Below are positions 38,167 to 50,386 of a stretch of DNA of 64,000 nucleotides, piece after piece (position 1 is the stretch's first letter; every line of letters begins with the position of its first letter). The notes beneath the pieces were generated by a model. That model saw only the letters and a program-made list of their open reading frames with translations. It did no database searches and was not told where the DNA came from. This DNA comes from Haliotis cracherodii (Eukaryota), in assembly GCF_022045235.1 (NCBI RefSeq), contig NW_027266300.1:248001-312000 (forward strand), written 5' to 3'. The position numbers and the translations under genes are program-made.

Positions 38167-39107
38167 TAAGGTATCACCACCATGGCTGGTCTAAGCAGAG
38201 TATTTCTTGATGGGTTCACTTACTTTAATAATCAAACCAGAGGCCAGACCACACACTGGAGATGTTATTGTCTTTTGCAACAATGTAATGAATACTTCAA
38301 AAAGTGTGATATCTGGTATGATTTGATGATTAAAAGTACATAAGAAACCTATCCTGTAAATTCCTTAAAATGTGTTTTTTGGTCTGTTCCACTTTAATGA
38401 AAGTCAAACAGGTAACTATTGCTTGACTAACCAACCTTGACTAGTCCTGGTATAAGCTGTCTGACAAATGGGAGGTTACCGTTTACACGATATACGGCTT
38501 TTCCATTGGACGAGAGGTCGGTCACGTTCATAAGTGCATGAACGACAATTTCGCGGTCATACGTTCTTCAGGAGACCGTGTTCTCGAAATGACGTACACA
38601 CTGATTGACTACTTCCATATTCCTGGGACAACCCTTGGGAATTCCCAAGCACGAATACATACAGAAACGTTTTTTTCGTATCATTTAGACCCTTTAATCT
38701 TGAACTGAACGTTTCAGTATACATTGAGCAATGTCAGAATGTTTGGCTGCATGATCATTTACGGATATCCTCGCTACGACCGAACCTATAGTGACCTAAA
38801 CGAAGAAATGCACATCCAAACTATCGAAGTATCGACTCGATCCGTGTCAAGGCTGACAGTGACAGTCTACAGCAATCTATGAATTTACCTTAATGTCTGA
38901 TTGACACATCTTGAATCACCTTTCAATGATCGGCCAGTTGATCAATGATGACTAAAACATGTAACCGCCACAGGTTCGTTAACAACTTCCGAAATACATT
39001 GTAGATATCTCCTTTTATGAATCACTGATTTGTTTGCGCGTATTTCGATTTAAGAGTGATATTGGATGATAAATACAATCACCCTCGTGTCTTTTGATAT
39101 CAAATAT

Positions 39108-40540
39108 ACTCCTAAAAAAGAAACGCAATACGGATATGTTTGGCCATAAAAGCATAATTAGCGGACCAAGAGGTGCAAAATCAAGAGGTTTAATGTGTTA
39201 TAGTGTCAGTGACAAATTTACTATTCGGAAAAACGCACCCAGTGTATTAACAAAATTAACAAAAATAGTGCAGCAGCACTATGAACATTATTAAAGTGCA
39301 GCATGGGTCAACACGTGATCGGCCAAGGTCGGGACGACCAAGAGTAACCACCCCCGCCCAAGATCGCAACATCCGACTGCGCCACCTACGTGAAAGGACG
39401 GCCACAGCCACCTCAACCGCATCCCAAATACCCGGACTGCGCAGAATCCCCGACCAGACCGTACGAATCCGTTTAAGAGCAGCAGGTCTACGAGCACGAC
39501 TTCCTGTTCGAAGCGTTATATTTAGTCGACAACATCGTCAACAACGACTGCATTGGTGTCGTCAACGCAGGGTATGGCCTCAACTGCGATGGAGAGATGT
39601 CTGGTTCAGCGACGAATCCTCCGTCGAGGGGATAGAAGAGCACGGGTCTACAGACGTCAGAGAGAACGTTACGTCGGAAAACTGCGTACAGGTTTGGTGG
39701 GGGTAGCGTTATGATATGGGCGGGTATCTTTCAGCATGGCAGGACAGGTTTGGTCCATATCCAGGGCAATCTTACGGCTCAACGATACATCAACGACATT
39801 CTCCTACCACACGTCCTCCCAATTGCAGCCAACGGCAACGGTGTATTCCAGCAGGACAACGCTCGACCGCATACAGCACGGATCACAAGAGTCTGTCTAC
39901 ATAATAACAACGTTGATGTTCTCCCCTGGCCCTCCAGATCCCCCAATTTGAACCCGATAGAGCACATATGGGATGAATTGCCGTGATGAGGCACACTGCA
40001 GGGGTCTGGTCATGGGCTCTTGGTCCTAAGCCAAACCACATGACTGTGCTGTTGTCTATATTGAAGGGCATTAAAATAAGCACAGGGTAGAACCGCGCTT
40101 CTTATGACAAGACGAGTAACATGCCCTTGTTTGCACGGTTGGTTGCACATCTGTGTGCATGGAGCGCCAAGTGAGCCATGGCACAAATAGTTGGACATGG
40201 ATAGACGGCTACGCCGACGTCAACCACAACACCAGACGTTGCAGCAGTTGGCATTTCCGTTGCAGCCCGAGTGGGCTACCATTCCCCAGGATGTGATTCG
40301 CATACTCGTCTCTTCCATGTGCAAGAGATGTCAGGCCGCTATCGATTCCAACGGGGGAAATACGCGTTATTAATGATAGCTGACCTTCACCTTGGGACTT
40401 TTCCTATGTACCGATAACTGAGATGACTACAATCACCAAGTGTTCTCTCCACAACGTTTTGGCTCAATACCTGGTACGGCTCCTCGTATGAATGTATTTT
40501 CCAACCTCACACAAATCTGGCTTTGCGTTTCATCTTTTTA
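39108..40540 (+). mobile_element. decayed Tc1-family transposon (DD34E type)
   Basis: DRPRSGRPRVTT, VWFSDES, VMIWAGI, FQQDNARPH, WPSRSPNLNPIEHIWDEL, EWATIPQDVI...GGNTRY*; frameshifts; ends CTCCTAAAAAAGAAACGCA / TGCGTTTC. Confidence 0.92.
39981..40199 (-). mobile_element. ~219-bp insertion in the Tc1 transposase, possibly a LINE (L2/CR1-like) RT fragment
   Basis: Removing it restores W-D-E-L-D-R-R-L-R-R-R. The - strand reads LMPFNIDNSTVMWFG, resembling the LINE RT motif 'WxMxFNxxKxxVMxFG'. Confidence 0.5.
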
Positions 40541-41715
40541 TATCACAAAACACAAGGGTGAGTTTCTACGCCACTCGTGAAACTATCTCCTTTTCCCCAG
40601 TCACGAGATGAGAGAGAAACATGATATTTCACTCTACTCATGGAATATCCTATTTATTATATACTTTTTATGTAGTTGTCTCCTGGAAAATTAAATTATT
40701 TCATTACATATGTGAAACCTTGAAACGTAAATTCTCCCTACCTAACACACGGGAACGGTTCACCACCCCTTGCACTTAGCGACTAAAAAAGTAATTTTGC
40801 GTTTGCAAAATCTTTAAAAAAAAAGATCGTCGGACGTGTGCACCTTCACTTAACATTTCCATTACCTGGACTGTCAACAAGAAAATAGCTTTATGCTGAC
40901 TGGCCGCCAGAATGAACCACTCAGAAACCTTAACACTACATAGTTAAACCAGAGGCCATATTTTATATGGTCTCTGCTAAAACTAATAAACATGAGCTAC
41001 TGTCCGCTAGGTTTGCCATTCTGCCTCCATACCTTATGCCTCGACAACTGCGGCCTTAGCCCCTAGTAACTCCTTAGTGCAGATCTGATTGTCATGGGCC
41101 TCTATTGGTCTCGCCTACAAAAAGTGTTACTGTTCTAACTTTAAAAAAGAAATGTTTCATTCAGGGTTTAATTTCTGGAACGTCTTATACTGGTTATCTA
41201 GAGGCCCACATCTTGTAATTCACAGAGTATCATTGTTTCATTTCTTTGTCACGTGATGTCAGGCAAAGTACAGCGCCACCTAATCTTCCAACACAGTTTT
41301 CCAGCAGCTCCACACTTCACAACTTTTGAGGTGCAATCGAGCGAGCAAAGTTATTTCATCAAAGTTAAAACATTCAAGGCCTCAGAAAAGCTTCCCAAAC
41401 GTTTTAGAATAGACATGTGGAGAACATTTCTTCCTGAGTTGACGCATAGGTGACGAACATGATGTCCGATGCAATTCCATATAAACACTATTAACACCTG
41501 CATGTGATACAGTCGAACTCGTACAACAGACGCTGTTTTCAGCAGAGATTCTCTTATAATTATGAAGGGTTTATTAACTTTTAATTACAATGTTCCACCA
41601 AAATGTTAGAAGTATGCACAACAAACAATCAAATCTGATTAATGACATCCCAGATTTAGTCAGTATTCTGTGAGATATTCAAATAATTATTTATTAAGAA
41701 TGTACAATGTACATG

Positions 41716-43167
41716 CACTCTTAAAAAAAGAAACGCACAGGTAGATTTGTAGTAAATTTATTGTAAGTCGATATATTTAATTTAATATCATAGATACAAA
41801 TATGAAATTTTGGAGCTCGATAGTCACGTGTTGTCATTGTACAGTGGCATTGAAAACTGTTCATTGTCATGTCACATAAGGCCACAAGGTTGCGACGAGC
41901 TCAGTATCTCGTGTGACCGCCCCGGGCAGCAATCACGGCTCTGCATCTCCTCGGCACTGACTGGATAAGTGTACGAATTCTATCCTGCGGAATTCTGCGC
42001 CATTCTTCTTGTAACACGTTGGCCAGTTGTGGGAGTGTCTGCGGCGTGTTCTGACGTTGAAGTACACGTCGATCGAGTTCTTTTCCAGAGGTGTTCGATT
42101 GGAATGAGATGTGGAGATCTCCACTGCCAGTGCAAGACGTTGATGTTGGCATTATGGAGGTAGTATACGGTGACACGAGCTGTGTGCGATGGAGCCTTGT
42201 CCTGTTAAAACAGCTCCCTCTGGCGATCAATGATTAGAAGAAGGTGAGGTTGATTCATGTAGCGATGTGTTGTCAAATTTCCCTGAACCACAACCAAATC
42301 AGATCTCGTGGTGAAGGATATGGCCACCCACACCATGACACTACCGCCACCGAAACTGTCAAATTCACGAACACAATGTGCGGCAAAACGCTTATTTCGA
42401 CGACGATAAACACGTTGTCTTCCATCTCGCCGGTGAAGAAGAAATCGTTGTTCATTGCTAAACCACACTCGTCTCCAGTTTCTCAAATTCCAAGGCTGTA
42501 AGGTATGGCACCAACGCAAGCGTCGCTGTCGATGGATCTGTTGCAAAACAGGGACGATAACTGGTATTCTGGGTCGGATTCCAGCTTCGCGAAGATGGTT
42601 CCTGACAGTCTGGTCCGATATCCTCCCCAAACCAAGGATGCGTCCTGCAGTCTCCGTAGCTGTGGCATTGCGATGACGTAGATGGAACAGTCGAATGTAG
42701 CAATCCTCGGCCGGTTCTCAGACGGTCTGCAGTGGAATTGAACTGTGTGTATCGGTCAAAGAGGCGACAAAGACTGCGATTCCCCTCTTTGGATACGTCC
42801 TATGGCGATGTTCCGATCGGAAGCGGTGAGTCTCGGCATTTTCGAACTTGAAAACTGTTGACAATTGAATGACAAATTATAGGCTAATGCTTGCCTTTTT
42901 ATAGCCACTAACACGAGTAACGACTGCCATAACTTGCACGTGCATTTTGCTTTACTGTTTTCTTCCATGACATTTTTGAACAAGTGTGAAAACAATGCCG
43001 CTTAAGACATTGAAAACCGACAATGGCTGCCTTTTGATGTACCGTTTGTCGAATATCGGGCCACCGACATTTTCCAGTAACATATATCCAAGTAAGATAC
43101 CGGGTTTTTTGTGTAGTCAGATTCAGTAAACTACATACTACCTGTGCGTTTCCTTTTTTGAAGCGTG
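41716..43167 (-). mobile_element. decayed near-full-length Tc1-family transposon with both TIRs
   Basis: TIRs CACTCTTAAAAAAAGAAACGCACAGGTAG / CTACCTGTGCGTTTCCTTTTTTGAAGCGTG-TA; MPRLTASDRNIAIGRIQRGES, RISDQTVRNHLREAG, FGGGSVMVW, EEWRRIPQDRI...GGHTRY*. Confidence 0.93.
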
Positions 43168-43271
43168 TATATAATCGCTTCAAAAGCAACAACATTTTAG
43201 ATAGGTACAAATCACATTTTCCAGCAATTTCCCTGATTTGGTTTATAATAACGTGAGCAATTATTTGTTGC

Positions 43272-43780
43272 GTGTGAAGGCCCCTTTTATGTATAAGTAT
43301 ATGTAGCGTGTGAAGGCCCCTTTAATGTATATGTATATGTAGCTTGTGAAGGCCCCTTTAATGTATATGTATATGTATATGTAGCTTGTGAAGGCAACTT
43401 TAATGTATATGTATATGTAGCTTGTGAAGGCCCTTTAATGTATATGTATATGTAGCGTGTGATGGCCCCTTTAATGTATATGTATATGTAGCGTGTGATG
43501 GCCCCTTTTATGTATATGTATATGTAGCGTGTGAAGGTCCCTTTAATGTATATGTATATGTAGCTTGTGAAGGCCCCTTTAATGTATATGTATATGTAGC
43601 TTGTGAAGGCAACTTTAATGTATATGTATATGTAGCTTGTGAAGGCCCTTTAATGTATATGTATATGTAGCGTGTGATGGCCCCTTTTATGTATATGTAT
43701 ATGTAGCGTGTGATGGCCCCTTTAATGTATATGTGTATGTAGCATGTGAAGGCCCCTTTTATGTATATGTATATGTATAT
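43272..43780 (+). repeat. ~36-bp minisatellite (~14 copies) abutting the third Tc1 relic
   Basis: Unit GTGTGAAGGCCCCTTTAATGTATATGTATATGTAGC. Confidence 0.93.
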
Positions 43781-43781
43781 A

Positions 43782-44830
43782 CAGCGAAAACTGACGGAAG
43801 CTCAACGTGACGACGCAATCGGCCGACTGCAAACAGGAAAATTATCTTCAGTTGTGGCCAGGTATTCCCAAAAAGCACCAAGCACCATTACAAGTGTCCT
43901 TCCCAGATCAGGTCGACCACGTTTAACTAATAGAGCAAAGAGCGGATTCACATGGTCACGTACGTCACTTATAAATACGTGAAAGGCCACCACGGCCACC
44001 TCTACGACTTCGGCAATATCAGGATTTCGAAGGATGTCAGCCCAGACAGTGAGGAACCGTTTACGCGCGGAAGGTATTCGCGCCAGACGACCAGTTCGAG
44101 GTGTCATTTTGACGGACCTTCATCGTCGGCGGCGTCGTGAATGGTGTCAAGGTAACAGGGTATAGCCACAACTGCGATGGAGACAAGTTTGGTTAAGTGA
44201 CGAGTCACGTTTTTATGCTTCGTCGAGCTGATGGTAGACGCCGTGTTTACAGGCGTCGCGGGGAACGCTATGTACGAAACTGCATACAGGAAGTGGACAG
44301 GTTTAGTGGTGGCAGCCATCTCCTACACTGGTAGAACAGACTTAGTGCAAGGTCTGGGGCATTCGACGACACAACGTTACATGGATGAGATTCTTCGGCC
44401 ACACGTCCTTCCCATATGCAACAAGCGATTGTCATTTTCCAACACGACAACGTCCGACCTCACACGACAAGACTGACAACAGCCTTTTCCCGGTCACAAC
44501 ATCCAGGTCCTGCAATGGATTTCCAGGTCTCCAGATTTAAACCCAATCCAGGATGAATTGGACCAACGTCTGCTAGCACGTCAGCAACAACCACAGAACT
44601 TCCGACAGTTGGCACAAGCACTGCAGGCAGAGTGGGTAAACATTCCCCAGGCCAGTCTTCGGGATCTGATTGCTTCCCTGAGATGTCTATGCCTATCATT
44701 TTTGGACACTTATGGTGGCCTCACAGTATATTGAGAACAGATGACCTTCACCTTGAAAACCTACTGTTCCATGTGTATGCCATATGGAACCTGGATCAGT
44801 GCGCCAATTTTGAAGAATCGATTACCATCT
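43782..44830 (+). mobile_element. highly decayed Tc1-family transposon
   Basis: RKLTEAQRDDAIGRLQTG, PRSGRPRLT, SAQTVRNRLRAEG, QRYMDEILRPHVLP, FQHDNVRPH, SPDLNPI; many indels. Confidence 0.88.
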
Positions 44831-45325
44831 GTTGATAATTTGTATGATATATATATAAAGTATACGTGTAAAATCGTGTGTGTGTGTGAACTTTGACTAA
44901 AACTTACGAATTTGAAATAAAAGCTTAAACAAACTTGATAATATATACATAGATCTACTTACATACTACTACACATGTACTTGAGGGATGGTCGCAGATA
45001 AGATTCCGTCCATTTATTCCTTGATTTAATTCTAAAGGAAACTTTGCAGCTAATTATTTTACAAAAACGCATATATCTTAGAAATGACCACACAAACAGT
45101 AAAAAAACTCGAAACATTATCAAAATCACTTCATGTATTTTGAAATGAACTATATATTGCTCTTTCTTCATCGTCCTGACGTACTGCTCCATCAACCTTC
45201 AAGATATGTTTGCGTATAAGCCGGCGGACGATTGGCCTCGTGCAACTCGCTGGGGTGCTTGTTCATCGCAATAGAAGATAAAGTTTTCTGTATCTTGGAG
45301 ACAAGGCGTCGCTGTGACTGATTCA

Positions 45326-48300
45326 ATGGCTTTAAAGATTCATGTTGTTTATTGGTAAGTAATGTTATTCAGTCCCGAAGGCGAATCGGCAAGGTTGCGT
45401 TTCGGAAGCGATCTGGTTATATCTGAATCCAAACTGCCTGGGTCGCGGGGTAGTCTTGACTGAAGGACACAATCGCTGCTCTCCGCTAGGTCACCTGCAT
45501 GTCAACCTCACACAATTAGGCACATAGCCCAGCTTCATTGAAAAATATCACCGTATTTGACAAGCACTTTGGACCTCAGTTTTTACAGTATTAAAAGGTT
45601 TGTAGGACGTGAGACATTTTGGTTTGGTTTGTTGTTTTACGCCGCAATCAGCAGTATTCCAGCTATATGACGGCTGTCTGCAAGTAATCGAGTCTGGACC
45701 AGACAATCCAGTGATTTACATCATGAACATCAATCGACGCAATTGGGATCGATGACATGCATCAGTCAAGTCATCGAGCCTGACCACCCGATCCCGTTAG
45801 TTTCCTTTTACGACAAGCATGGGTTGCTGAAGACCTATTCTAGCCGGGATCTTCACGGGTCACTTCCCAAACAAAATATGATACAGTTCTAGCCAATAAA
45901 GCCAGTTGTGATGATACGGGAGAGGTTAATTTTATAGCATGTATGTCGACTTGTTGGTTTATTTGAAATTTCAAGCCACACAGATACCGAAATGAAACAT
46001 ACAAATCATGTGTGTGAAATGTGGATGCTAATCTTTTCCAGCAATAAAACTTGAAGTCGTTAATTGATGCATCTGACCGTTTCTGGTCATTAGCTGACAT
46101 TATTAAACCATTCATGTGTAATCCGATGTCCTTTTTCCTCAAGGACTAATTTTCTGATTTGCACAGTGTATACAAAAGAAGAACTGTACTCCGGACATCG
46201 TAAATAACAGCATGATATGAAATATGTTCTGAATATGCTTATTCATGAACAATGACGACATCATCTCAGATTATGTAATACCGCTGAATTCCACATTCTA
46301 CATACCACACTCTTGATTGTTTGGAAGCTCATGTTCACTGGAAATATTTGGAATAGTTATATTCTGTATTTTGAATTAACCCAGTTCAGCCATTTAATGG
46401 AATACAATGTACAGCCGTAGCTCTGGTCGCTATCATATATTTTGTGTCCCATGACTCAAATCTATGTACCGTGTTCCACTGACCTCTATAATCTGTTGCA
46501 TGCAGACACAGGTGTCTATGGTCAGTCACATCGTTAACAACGAAGGCTATGAGGGGTATTTAGGTCATAATCAGCTCCCAGCAGCCACTGCCTCAAGCCA
46601 TAGGAGCGGTCGGGTAGCCTAGTGGTTAAAGCGTTAGCTCCTCACGCCGAAGACCCGGGTTCGATTCCCGACATGGGTACAATGTGTGACGCCCATTTCT
46701 GGTGTTCCCCGCCGTGATATTGCTGGAATATTGCTAAAAGCGGCGTAAAACCATACTCACTCACTCACTCAAGCCATATTGTCCACATAACAGATCAGTT
46801 TATGGCCCAGTGACAGGTGCTCCAAATATTGAAGGGGGGAAACAAAAGTCCTGGAATAATTTCAACAAGCAATTTGATATCCCAATCACTTTTGGTAACT
46901 GTTGATGATGTCTCCATTGCAATTTTTACGGATTTTGATTCGTATGCATTATTTGCCTCTCAGGGACAAGCAGTTTTACTTGTGTCTGGTACTATGGATG
47001 AGTGAGTGAGTTCGGTTTTACGCCGCTTTTAGCAATATTCCAGCAATATCACGGCGGGGGAGACCAGAAATGGGCTTCACACATTGTACCCATGTCGTAG
47101 TACGGATGAATTGTTATGTTACATCTTAACAGTACATCAATCATCATCACATGAAGTCACACCAGTCATTGTTACAAGTAAACCACATTCCACAACAGTT
47201 ACTGACACTGGATAAAAAACAGTACATAGAAAAAGACCAAGTAACTCAACTCATCATGATCATAATTACTATTCTTTGAAGGAAAGTAATAAAAAAAAGA
47301 AAGACCAAAACAGTAAAACAAGAGACGAGGAATCTCCGTTATCAATTAGTTCTGGTATTGAAATCTTCTCCAACTACAAGATAATATTTTGAGTATATCT
47401 ATCTGTGGTTGTGACAAAAAGATCTTATCTAGAATGACTTTTTAATCATATGGAGCCCTTAGTATTTTCATTTACATTATTATGACCAAATACCTCATTT
47501 TGCCAAGTGTAAGAAGAATGTGACCTATTATTTGAGTATGTGCATTGGCCAGTGTTGTTGGCAGTTTTGATACTATTTCCACATGTTTACATTTGTGCCA
47601 GAAATTGCTTCCATTTCCTTCGATCTACTTTTTGAATAAAGACCCAGGTTAGAGTAGGTCTTCAGCAACCCATTCCAGCTGTAAAAAGGCGACGAACAGG
47701 ATTGGGTAGTCAGGCTCGCCGATTTGGTTGATGCATGACTTCATATTTCAATTGTGTAGACTAGTTTGATGCTCTTGATGTCAATCACTTGATTATTTGG
47801 CCCAGACTCGATTATTTACAGTCCATGGTCAAAGAGCTGAAATAATGCTGAGTGGGCGTTAAATAATTATGCGTTTGTGAGGCATCACGTATGCGGGGAA
47901 CTTTGATGCTCAGCATAAATGTTTTCTTGTTAATGTTAGTGTACCTGCCGTGATATTGCTGGAATATTGCTAAAAGCGGCGTAAAACCAAACTTACTTAC
48001 TACTCTTGTTAATGTAATTTGCAGCTTAGTTCAGCAAGTCAGTTACCTCCCTTGCCCCCGGAAGATGCATTATTGTTGCCTTGCCTGGAAGAGATTTTGT
48101 TGGTAGAAGAGGCAACAACAAACAACATCTTTAAATCATTTTTTAATATGAAATTTCTTTTATTTCAGTGGTGCCTGAGGATACGCCCCAAAGGTATGTC
48201 GTCAGTCAAACATACTTGATTGATTGAATATCAGTTTTTATTTACTGAAGGCGATTCAGTATGTGACTGGGTTGACCTTGCAGACTGAGCCAGCCCTGTG

Positions 48301-50059
48301 ATTATGAGGCGGCTAGATCGGTTGGGGGGTCTGGCTCTTGGCTCGTGATCTACTTCACTGCTCGTGACCTACTTCACTGCTCGTGACCTACTTCACTGCG
48401 TGTCATCCTCCCCTGATGGTGTGGGATGTCACTGGATTGTCTGGTCCTGACTCCATTATACTACTCAAAGTTTGCTAAGTATCACTACCAGGATCACATT
48501 TGGCATTTGTTGAAATAGCAAAAGTCAATATTGCACTAAGATGGTTAATGAATAAATGAATCCAAACATCTGGCATCAATTCCGTAGTGTATTTGCTGAT
48601 GTGTGGATTGTGACACAGTTTTGAATGATCAAGACGTTACTGTTGTCCGTTGTGTTGATATAAAATCTTGCTTTTCATGTTCCAGTATCATGAAGTGAAG
48701 AGACGTTTAGAGAGAGAGTTTCCTGGCAAGCTGGACATCGTAAGTACCGCCTGTCTACATAAGTAAACATAAATCGTAAATATCTCGTGTCTACGTAAAT
48801 AAATGTAAATTGAGAGTACCTCGTGTGAAACCGTTTCTCTTTGTCAGACTGGCGAAGGGACACCAAGCATGACCGGCTGGTTGGAGGTCCAGATTGTCGG
48901 AGGGAAACTGCTGCACTCTAAGAAGGTGGGTTGTATAAACTGCTGCACTCTAAGAAGGTGGGTTGTATAAACTGCTGCACTCTAAGAAGGTGGGTTGTAT
49001 AAACTGCTGCACTCTAAGAAGGTGGGTTGTATAAACTGCTGCACTCTAAGAAGGTGGGTTGTATAAACTGCTGCACTCTAAGAAGGTGGGTTGTATAAAC
49101 TGCTGCACTCTAAGAAGGTGTGTTGTATAAACTGCTGCACTCTAAGAAGGTGGGTTGTATAAACTGCTGCACACTAAGAAGGTGGGTTGTATAAACTGCT
49201 GCACTCTAAGAAGGTGGGTTGTATAAACTGCTGCACTCTAAGAAGGTGGGTTGTATAAACTGCTGCACTCTAAGAAGGTGGGTTGTATAAACTGCTGCAC
49301 TCTAAGAAGGTGGGTTGTATAAACTGCTGCACTCTAAGAAGGTGGGTTGTATAAACTGCTGCACTCTAAGAAGGTGGGTTGTATACTGTAAACAGGGAAT
49401 TTTTTGCGACCGTTTTATTATTGCGAGTTTTGCGAACAAGACTCAATCGCAAAAATTAAAAACACAAAAATAAGTATAGATAATACATACATTCTTTATT
49501 CATTGCAACAAGTCATCAAATGTTGAAATCATCAACCAGAACACAAATGAATGCGGAATGGTCACACAATACATCACAAATGACAGTGTAAACAGACCAA
49601 TTAGTGTCTTCTTATATAGTTTGCATTCAAACTCACAGTCATGGCACTGAGTTGAGTCAATTATCGTATTTGATAATTGGTTGCAATCCCTTCCGGTCAA
49701 CTTTCCGGCCAACTCAGATTAACTAGCTTCAGAGAGAAGCTGTCTATTGTTTGGTAATCGAGGGGTCATATCAACACGGCAATTCGCAAAAATATCTCGT
49801 CGCAGTTTTGTCTTTAGTGTGGTACTCGCAATATTTTAATGGCGCAGAAATAAAGCTGTTTACAGTAAACTCCTGCACTCTAGGATGTCCAGGAAGCCTT
49901 TGGTTTAAGTGTGAGCTGATCATTATTATTATTATTTATGTTTTTATGCTGAGGTAACATTGATTCATGTTTTGTTTAAAGAATGGGGATGGCTATGTTG
50001 ACTCCGAAGATAAAATGCAGCGGATCATCCTTGGAGTCCGTGCGGCCCTGCAGGGGTAG
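45326..50059 (+). CDS. SELENOW: Selenoprotein W (87 aa; Sec encoded by TGA 48176-48178); exons 45326-45354, 48169-48193, 48686-48739, 48848-48925, 49982-50059
   Basis: Spliced translation [87 protein letters not shown]. CxxU motif, tGwlEV and [11 protein letters not shown] motifs of SelW; all GT-AG junctions in phase; SECIS downstream. Confidence 0.97.
45620..45860 (-). mobile_element. SINE-like family B copy
   Basis: Reverse-complement family B, ending GGATCTTCACGGGTC. Confidence 0.87.
46604..46770 (+). mobile_element. tRNA-derived SINE family A, full length
   Basis: TAGCCTAGTGG A box, GGTTCGATTCC B box, core, (CACT)n tail; TCAAGCCATA occurs on both sides (possible target duplication). Confidence 0.92.
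46998..47096 (-). mobile_element. SINE family A, 3' half
   Basis: GAGTGAGT...TTTTACGCCGCTTTTAGCAATATTCCAGC...CCAGAAATGGGCTTCACACATTGTACCCATG. Confidence 0.85.
47641..47865 (+). mobile_element. SINE-like family B, diverged copy
   Basis: TAGAGTAGGTCTTCAGCAACCCAT ... AAAAGGCGAC ... CCAGACTCGATTATTTACAG. Confidence 0.75.
48905..49385 (+). repeat. 32-bp minisatellite (15 copies) made of the SELENOW exon 4 end plus donor
   Basis: Unit AAACTGCTGCACTCTAAGAAG|GTGGGTTGTAT; the first 21 nt encode KLLHSKK. Confidence 0.97.
49386..49865. mobile_element. MITE with TA target duplication
   Basis: TA-CTGTAAACAGGGAATTTTTTGCG ... CGCAGAAATAAAGCTGTTTACAG-TA. Confidence 0.88.
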
Positions 50060-50386
50060 ACATACAGGTGCACTAACCATGTCCTGATGCTCAAGAGGTG
50101 AGGCTCACCATCTACTTGGACGACATGTTGGTGTGGCTTCATTCCTGCCCAGGCGGTACAGTTATCTCGCCACTGGTGTATAAACCAAATAGTCCCCTGC
50201 ACAGAGTGGGTTAAAGTGGCCTGTCATGTGGTTAGTGCTATATTGAGGAGGAAGGATGTTATATTGAAGAGACATCCATGGATGGACCTTTTGGTCTGAT
50301 GGAGCTGACATCCATTGATGTCCTATATTGGTCTGATGGAACTGACATCCATGGATGTCCCTTACTGGTCTGATGGAACTGATATG

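Noticed and set aside
37995-38210. Poly-Q protein ORF
   Set aside because: A (CAA)n microsatellite in intergenic DNA with a non-ATG start.
40949-40976. Short hairpin CAGAGGCCATA-TTTTA-TATGGTCTCTG
   Set aside because: Could be a minimal MITE remnant but is too short to classify.
46604-46675. tRNA gene
   Set aside because: The A/B boxes continue into a SINE body and tail found in several copies; it is a SINE head.
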